A stretch of DNA of 64,000 nucleotides from Thermoplasmatota archaeon (lineage in GTDB: Archaea > Thermoplasmatota > Thermoplasmata > UBA10834). The position numbers and the translations under genes are program-made. The notes beneath the pieces are model-generated. The model worked only from the letters and a program-made list of their open reading frames with translations, had not been told where the DNA came from and did not search any database. Location of the stretch: NCBI GenBank assembly GCA_040751795.1, contig JBFMHR010000005.1, positions 128,001-192,000 on the forward strand. The letters are read 5' to 3'. Of the stretch, positions 58,092 to 64,000 are shown in pieces (position 1 is the stretch's first letter; the number at the start of each line of letters is the position of its first letter).

Positions 58092-60046
58092 TACGCGAGG
58101 CGATCGCCGCGGCGGTGGAACGGAAGGACCTCGACACCGCGCAGGCCAGAGCAGTCATGACGGAGATCATGTCCGGCTCCGCCACACCGAGCCAGATCGC
58201 CGCGTTCATCACCGCCTGCAGGATGAAGGGCGAGACCGTGGACGAGCTCACGGGCTTCGCCCTCGCCATGAGGGAGGGCTGCGCCAAGGTCACAGCCCCG
58301 CCCAACGCGGTCGACCTCTGCGGCACCGGCGGCGACGGCTGCGGCACGTTCAATATCAGCACGGTCGCGTCGTTCATAGTCGCCTCGTGCGGGGTGCCCG
58401 TGGCGAAGCACGGCAACAGGTCCGTGTCCAGCATGTCCGGCTCGGCAGACCTCCTCGACGCGTTGGGGGTGCCACACGACCTGGACCCCGCCTCTGTCCA
58501 GGCGTGCATGGACGCGACCGGCTTCGGCTTCATGTTCGCGCCGGTCTTCCACCCGTCGATGAGGAACGTCGCCGGGCCGAGGAGGGAGGTCGGCATACGC
58601 TCGCTCTTCAACGTGCTCGGGCCGCTCGCGAACCCCGCGGGGGTGAGGAACCAGCTGATGGGGGTGTACGACCCTGACATCGCGGCGAAGGCCGTCGCGG
58701 TCCTGTCCAGGCTCGGGGTCGAGAGGGCGCTCGTGGTCAGCGGCTCCGGCACGGACGAGATATCCAACTGTGGGCCGACCCAGGTGTCCGAGCTGATGGA
58801 CGGGGGGGTCAGCAGGTACGAGCTGTCGCCGTCGGACTTCGGCCTGGGGACGGCGGAGCCGCACGAGCTCGCCGTCGGCTCGGCCATGGACAGCGCCAGG
58901 GTGACCATGTCCGTCCTCAGGGGGCGCGGGTCCCCGTGCCTCGACGCGGCGGTCATGAACGCCGCCGCCGGCGTCTACGTCTCCGGGGCGGCGCGCGACC
59001 TCGACGAAGGTCTCTCGATGGCGATCGGAGCCGTCCGGTCTGGAAGGGCCCTGGAGAAGCTGAGGCAGGTCTCCGGGTTCGCGAGGGCGGAGGAGGTCAA
59101 GAGGCAGATGGCGATGCAGGCGTCGGCGCTCCGCTCGAGGAGGGTGCTCCCCGCCGCGCTCAAGGCCAGGGCGTCGGAGCTGACCTCCGCCCTGGTCGAG
59201 GACGTCGGGACCTTGGAGGGCGGGACGGAGGGCCTCGGGGCGCTGGAGCCCAGGTTGGTCTCGGCGCCGAGCGTCCTCTCGGTCATCACCCTATCGAGGC
59301 TGTGCGGGGTGCTGTCCGGCGACGGGACGCCCGCGCGGACCTCGCGAAGGGGCGCCGTCTCGTTCGCCCGGTCGCTCTCATGCCCCGGTGTCTCGGTCAT
59401 CGGGGAGTACAAGCCGCGGTCCCCGTCATCCGACGGCCTGTACGTCCCGCCGGACCCGGCGGCCGTGGCCGAGGCATATGGCCAGGCAGGCGTGTCCGCG
59501 GTGTCCGTCCTCGTCGAGGACCGGTTCTTCGGCGGGTCGCCGGGGCTGTTCTCCCTCATCCGCGAGAGGACCCAGCTCCCGATGCTCTTCAAGGACTTCG
59601 TGGTGACGGAGGAGCAGCTCGACATGGCCGGGTCGCTGGGGGCGGACGCCGTCCTCCTGATCGCCGGGTCGCTGCGCCAGGAGGCCCTGGACGGCCTCAT
59701 CGAGTCGTCCCTGCGGAGGCGGGTCGAGCCCATGGTCGAGGTGCACGACATAGAGGACGTGAGGAAGCTGGAGTCGTGCAGAAACTTCGAGCGGGTCAGG
59801 GTCGTGGGCGTCAACTCGAGGGACCTGAGGACCCTGAGGACCGACGCCTCCGGTCTGGACTGGCTCCGGGAGAGCCTGCCCTCGGACGCCCTCGTCGTCG
59901 CCGAGAGCGGCATACGGGACGGCGGGGACGTGCGGTCCATGAAGGGGTTCGACGCGGTGCTCGTCGGCTCCGCCCTCATGGAGTCGGAGGACATCCTGAG
60001 GAAGGCCGAGGAGCTCGTGTCGGCGGGAAGGGGCGTGTCATCGTGA
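58088..60046 (+). CDS. trpD: Fused anthranilate phosphoribosyltransferase - indole-3-glycerol phosphate synthase (TrpD-TrpC)
   Basis: GTGGDG and [14 protein letters not shown], then in the same frame [21 protein letters not shown] and AESGI. Confidence 0.92.
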   Translation: MIREAIAAAVERKDLDTAQARAVMTEIMSGSATPSQIAAFITACRMKGETVDELTGFALAMREGCAKVTAPPNAVDLCGTGGDGCGTFNISTVASFIVASCGVPVAKHGNRSVSSMSGSADLLDALGVPHDLDPASVQACMDATGFGFMFAPVFHPSMRNVAGPRREVGIRSLFNVLGPLANPAGVRNQLMGVYDPDIAAKAVAVLSRLGVERALVVSGSGTDEISNCGPTQVSELMDGGVSRYELSPSDFGLGTAEPHELAVGSAMDSARVTMSVLRGRGSPCLDAAVMNAAAGVYVSGAARDLDEGLSMAIGAVRSGRALEKLRQVSGFARAEEVKRQMAMQASALRSRRVLPAALKARASELTSALVEDVGTLEGGTEGLGALEPRLVSAPSVLSVITLSRLCGVLSGDGTPARTSRRGAVSFARSLSCPGVSVIGEYKPRSPSSDGLYVPPDPAAVAEAYGQAGVSAVSVLVEDRFFGGSPGLFSLIRERTQLPMLFKDFVVTEEQLDMAGSLGADAVLLIAGSLRQEALDGLIESSLRRRVEPMVEVHDIEDVRKLESCRNFERVRVVGVNSRDLRTLRTDASGLDWLRESLPSDALVVAESGIRDGGDVRSMKGFDAVLVGSALMESEDILRKAEELVSAGRGVSS

Positions 60047-60630
60047 AGGTCAAGGTCTGCGGCATCACCAGCCTGGAGGACGCCGCCATGTGCGAGGAGC
60101 TGGGGGCGGACGCCATCGGGTTCGTCCATGTCAGCGGCAGGAAGAGGAGCAGGGCCCTGGACGAGATATCGGACATGTGCGGCTCCCTCGGGCCTATGAC
60201 GACGAAGATCCTGGTCTGCAGGCCACGGGACCACCACGAGGCCGAGCGCATGTTCGCGGCGAGCGGCGCCGACGTCCTGCAGCTCCACTCGCTCGAGCCG
60301 ATGTCCCTCGACGCGCTCAGGCTCGACGGCATACCCGTCATACGCGCAGTCCTTCCGAGCCCCGCCGCCGCATCGAAATACGCGCCTCACGCCAACATCC
60401 TGCTCTTCGAGAAGTCCTCTCCAGGCACCGGTTCGAGCTACGACTACTCCACCGTTCCGGTGAAATCGTGCGAGAGGTGCATCATCGCGGGCGGGCTGAA
60501 CAGCAGGAACGTGGGCGAGGCGCTCAGGATGAGGCCCTACGCGCTAGACGTCTCATCGGGGGTGGAGAGCTCGTTCGGGCGCAAGGACCCGGAGCTCGTG
60601 TCGGAGTTCATCAGGAGGTGCAAGGCGTGA
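60043..60630 (+). CDS. trpF: Phosphoribosylanthranilate isomerase
   Basis: VKVCGIT, QLH, AGGL and DVSSGVE motifs; GTGA overlap with the previous gene. Confidence 0.93.
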   Translation: MKVKVCGITSLEDAAMCEELGADAIGFVHVSGRKRSRALDEISDMCGSLGPMTTKILVCRPRDHHEAERMFAASGADVLQLHSLEPMSLDALRLDGIPVIRAVLPSPAAASKYAPHANILLFEKSSPGTGSSYDYSTVPVKSCERCIIAGGLNSRNVGEALRMRPYALDVSSGVESSFGRKDPELVSEFIRRCKA

Positions 60631-61805
60631 GCGGGGACGGGTACTTCGGCGAGTACGGGGGCTTCTACGTCCCCGAGATACTGGTCAAGGCTCTCAGGGA
60701 GCTCGAGCGCGGGTACAGCGCCATGTCGGCGGACCCGGGCTTCCAGGAGGAGCTCGGGGGGCTGCTCCGGGATTACGCGGGCAGGCCGACCCCGCTGTAC
60801 CTCGCGAGGAGGCTCACCGACCACGCGGGCGGGGCGAGGATCTACCTGAAGAGGGAGGACCTCGCGCACACGGGCTCGCACAAGATCAACAACGCGCTTG
60901 GGCAGGCCCTCCTCGCGAAGAGGATGGGCAGGACCAGGGTCATCGCGGAGACGGGAGCGGGCCAGCACGGGGTGGCGACCGCGACCGCTTGCGCCCTCAT
61001 GGGCCTGCGGTGCGAGGTGTACATGGGCGAGACGGACGTCCAGCGGCAGAGGCTGAACTGCTTCAGGATGGAGTTGCTGGGGGCGAAGGTCAACGTCGTG
61101 AGGTCGGGGACGAGGACCCTCAAGGACGCGATCAACGAGGCCCTGAGGGACTACGCCGCGACCAGCGACAACACCCACTACCTGATAGGCAGCGTCGTCG
61201 GCCCGCACCCGTATCCGACGCTCGTCCGGGACTTCCAGTCGGTCATAGGGCTGGAGGCCAAGGCGCAGATGTCCGAGGAGACCGGCGCGCTGCCGGACGC
61301 CCTCGTGGCCTGCGTCGGGGGCGGCAGCAACGCCATGGGCCTGTTCCACCCGTTCCTCCGAGACCAGGGCGTCCGGATGTTCGGCGCAGAGGCCGGCGGG
61401 AGGGGCCCAGGGGCAGGGGACCACTCGGCGAGCGTCGTCGGAGGAGACGACGGGGTCCTCCACGGGGCGCGCACCCTCGTGCTCCAGGACAGCGACGGGC
61501 AGATCTCGGGGACCCACTCCGTCGCTGCCGGCCTGGACTATTCGGCCGTGGGACCGGAGCACGCCCACCTCGCGAGGTCGGGCCGCGCCGAGTACCGCGC
61601 GGTCAACGACGCCGACGCCCTCTCCGCGTTCCACCTCCTCTCGTCGCTGGAGGGGATAATCCCCGCGCTGGAGAGCGCCCACGCGGTCGCCCTTGCGGTC
61701 GAGGTCGCGGCGGCGATGCCCGGCAGCTCATCAATCATAGTCAACCTGTCTGGACGTGGCGACAAGGACGTCGCGCAGGTGGCCGAGCTGGAGGGCCGGC
61801 CATGA
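60627..61805 (+). CDS. trpB: Tryptophan synthase beta chain (TrpB1)
   Basis: [29 protein letters not shown] and NLSGRGDKD motifs. Confidence 0.96.
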   Translation: MSGDGYFGEYGGFYVPEILVKALRELERGYSAMSADPGFQEELGGLLRDYAGRPTPLYLARRLTDHAGGARIYLKREDLAHTGSHKINNALGQALLAKRMGRTRVIAETGAGQHGVATATACALMGLRCEVYMGETDVQRQRLNCFRMELLGAKVNVVRSGTRTLKDAINEALRDYAATSDNTHYLIGSVVGPHPYPTLVRDFQSVIGLEAKAQMSEETGALPDALVACVGGGSNAMGLFHPFLRDQGVRMFGAEAGGRGPGAGDHSASVVGGDDGVLHGARTLVLQDSDGQISGTHSVAAGLDYSAVGPEHAHLARSGRAEYRAVNDADALSAFHLLSSLEGIIPALESAHAVALAVEVAAAMPGSSSIIVNLSGRGDKDVAQVAELEGRP

Positions 61806-62611
61806 GCAGGATGGGCGCCGCGTTCGCGGAGCTGGCCAGAAGGGGCGAGGGGGCGTACATCCCGTACGTATGCATGGGCGACCCTGACAGGGACTTCACG
61901 CTCTCCCTGGCCGGCGCGCTCTTCGATTCGGGGGCGGACATCATCGAGCTGGGGGTGCCCTTCTCCGACCCGGTGGCCGACGGTCCAGTGATCCAGGGCG
62001 CGATGAACCGGTCCCTGGAGAACGGGTTCAGGGTCTCCGAGGTCTTCCGCACCGTGGAGTCAATCAGGCGCGAGGGGCACAGGCAGCCGATCGTCCTCAT
62101 GACCTATGCGAACCCGGTGATGAGGATGGGGACCAAGGAGTTCTGCTCGAGGGCCGCGCGCTCCGGCGCCGACGCGGTCCTCATGGTGGACATGCCCATC
62201 GAGGAGTCCGGCCTGTTCGACTCTCACGCGAAGGAGAACGGCCTGGACGTCATACGGTTGGCCACCCCGTCGACCGACGACGCGAGGTTGGCGGAGCTGC
62301 TCTCACGCGCCTCCGGCTTCCTGTACGCGGTCTCGGAGGCCGGGGTGACGGGTGCGCGGTCGAGGCTCCCGGAGTCGGCGACCACCCTCTTGAGGAGGGC
62401 GAGCGCTGCATCGGGCATCCCCGTCGTCCTCGGGTTCGGGATTTCAGCACCGGACCAAGTGAGGGAGGCCATAGCTGCGGGCGCGAGCGGCGTCGTCGAA
62501 GGATCCGCCCTGGTGTCGGCATATGCACCCTATCTGGATGACCGGCCCAGAGCCCTGAGGGAGGTCGCGGCACACGCGGCCGAGATGAAGGAGGCGACGC
62601 GTCGTCCGTGA
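61802..62611 (+). CDS. trpA: Tryptophan synthase alpha chain
   Basis: [23 protein letters not shown] and GFGIS motifs. Confidence 0.95.
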   Translation: MSRMGAAFAELARRGEGAYIPYVCMGDPDRDFTLSLAGALFDSGADIIELGVPFSDPVADGPVIQGAMNRSLENGFRVSEVFRTVESIRREGHRQPIVLMTYANPVMRMGTKEFCSRAARSGADAVLMVDMPIEESGLFDSHAKENGLDVIRLATPSTDDARLAELLSRASGFLYAVSEAGVTGARSRLPESATTLLRRASAASGIPVVLGFGISAPDQVREAIAAGASGVVEGSALVSAYAPYLDDRPRALREVAAHAAEMKEATRRP

Positions 62612-62739
62612 GATACAGGCGAGCCGCCTAGCCAGCGTGCCCGATTGTCGGTGGACCTTCTGTACGCCCCGTTTCCTCGCTCGGCGATTCCGCTGCATCT
62701 CGGACCCGTATAAGGCCGTTATGGCCCGGTCCCGGGCTC

Positions 62740-62770
62740 ACCCTCCCCTGTTAAGGGGAGGGTATTTATA
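62740..62770 (+). promoter_or_regulatory. 10-bp perfect inverted repeat abutting a TATA box
   Basis: ACCCTCCCCT-GTTA-AGGGGAGGGT followed directly by TATTTATA. Confidence 0.45.
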
Positions 62771-62834
62771 CCAACCATCTGGATGACTTCCAGACACGCT
62801 GCCCTCCCCCGGGCAGTGGGATGGAGTCAGGAAC

Positions 62835-64000
62835 ATGGTCGCACGGAAACTGACAGCCTGCATGCTAGTCGCACTGCTCTCGACCGCCGCCTTCGCCTTC
62901 GTCTCCTTCGGGACGAGCGCGGAACAGAGCAGCGCGGACGGGTACGGATACTATTGGACCGACAGCAACGCCCCGACACCGTCGGTGGCGTACAGCTGGA
63001 TAGACGTGACGGCGACGGGCTCGAGCGCCGGATTCTGGTACGACGACTCCGACTACGTCGGCCCGGTCTCCCTGGGCTTCGACTTCACCTTCTACGGGAA
63101 CACGTACAACTCCGTGTACATCTCCACCGACGGGTATATCCAGTTCGGGGCGGGCTCGTACAGCGGCTCCCACTACACGGTCCCCTCGACGAGCGGCCCC
63201 GAGAACATCATAGCCCCGTTCTGGAGCGACCTCGTCGTGTACTACCCCACCTACAACTACGGCCAGGTCTACTACGACACCATCGGGGTCTCCCCCAACC
63301 AGCAGTTCGTGGTGGAGTACCACCAGGTCTCCCTCGACTATGAGTACGACCTGCTGACCTTCGAGGTCATACTCAACGAGACCGGCGAGGTGTGGTTCCA
63401 GTACCAGGACATGAACGGCGTGGACGGCTCCTACGCCACCGTGGGCATGGAGGACTCGGCCGGCTACATGGGATGCCTCTACTCCTACGACACCGCCTCG
63501 ATCTCCGACGGCCTCGCCGTCATGTTCCAGCGCGGCCCCTTGGGATTCGGCAGCGACCAGTCGGGATTCGCGTCCAGGGGCTCCTACGTCTACTACACCC
63601 TCACCGTCACCAACGGGCAGGCGGTGACGGACTCCTTCGACATCACCGTCGACTACTCGCTCCTGGGCTGGTCCGTGGCGCTGTATGACTCGGCGTGGAA
63701 CCCGCTCGTGGACAACAACGCCAACACGTTCCCGGACACGGGGGATATGGCCCCCGGTGCGTCCACGACCATCTACGCGGTCGTCTACACACCCCCGGAC
63801 CCCATTGGACGGAACGAGACGACCGTGCTCATGGCCACGTCGTTCGGCTCGGGCATCAGCGACCCGGCCACCCTGATCACCGAGACCGGCGTGGGCGTGC
63901 TGGGCGCCGCCCACTCCAGCTGGGGGTACGACTCCGACTCCGACGGCGACTACGACGCCCTCAACGTCAGCATATCGGTGGAGATGCTCACGGGCTCCCC
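62835..64000 (+). CDS. Secreted/cell-surface protein (NIDO-like N-terminal beta domain), runs off the right edge
   Basis: Not in the ORF track. MVARKLTACMLVALLSTAAFAFVSFG signal peptide, then DGYGYYWTDS, LGFDFTFYGNTYNSVYISTDGY, IAPFWSDL and TFEVILNETG. GGAG SD. Confidence 0.8.
   Translation, partial: MVARKLTACMLVALLSTAAFAFVSFGTSAEQSSADGYGYYWTDSNAPTPSVAYSWIDVTATGSSAGFWYDDSDYVGPVSLGFDFTFYGNTYNSVYISTDGYIQFGAGSYSGSHYTVPSTSGPENIIAPFWSDLVVYYPTYNYGQVYYDTIGVSPNQQFVVEYHQVSLDYEYDLLTFEVILNETGEVWFQYQDMNGVDGSYATVGMEDSAGYMGCLYSYDTASISDGLAVMFQRGPLGFGSDQSGFASRGSYVYYTLTVTNGQAVTDSFDITVDYSLLGWSVALYDSAWNPLVDNNANTFPDTGDMAPGASTTIYAVVYTPPDPIGRNETTVLMATSFGSGISDPATLITETGVGVLGAAHSSWGYDSDSDGDYDALNVSISVEMLTGS

Overview
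Archaeal chromosomal segment, most consistent with a Thermoplasmata-type archaeon. This is an inference from TATA-type promoters, GGAGGTG ribosome-binding sites, AglH/GPT, DUF1616, DUF354, a PEF-CTERM tail and family-5 solute-binding proteins with C-terminal membrane anchors. Most of 1-56 kb is a large, mosaic cell-surface glycosylation/polysaccharide region. It encodes GPT/AglH, seven GT4/GT2 glycosyltransferases plus further GT-like genes, three GT-C-like polytopic proteins, a Wzx-type flippase and a pyruvyltransferase. Sugar-nucleotide genes include heptose (hddA-gmhA-gmhB), dTDP-rhamnose (rmlABCD), two WecB, a GalE-like epimerase and gmd-fcl, plus a PMP enzyme with His in place of the Schiff-base Lys. 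Interleaved are proC, arsM, a non-pyrrolysine MttB, surface proteins, two orphan solute-binding proteins and an HATPase/STAS pair. Two visibly lower-GC blocks (about 1-7.5 kb and 45.5-55.3 kb, judged by eye) have borders that fall inside genes. A complete trp operon follows (trpE-G-[D-C fusion]-F-B-A) with TrpY-like TGTACA boxes around its TATA box, and a truncated secreted protein ends the window. No rRNA, tRNA, CRISPR array or transposase was recognised. The most unusual items are a ColD/E1-hybrid 3-dehydrase candidate beside gmd-fcl, a 7x zinc-ribbon/NG-repeat/TM/PEF-CTERM protein, a receptor-like solute-binding protein with a cytoplasmic zinc ribbon, and a sigma-less HATPase-STAS partner-switch pair. 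All annotations come from motif recognition by eye; no database searches were run.
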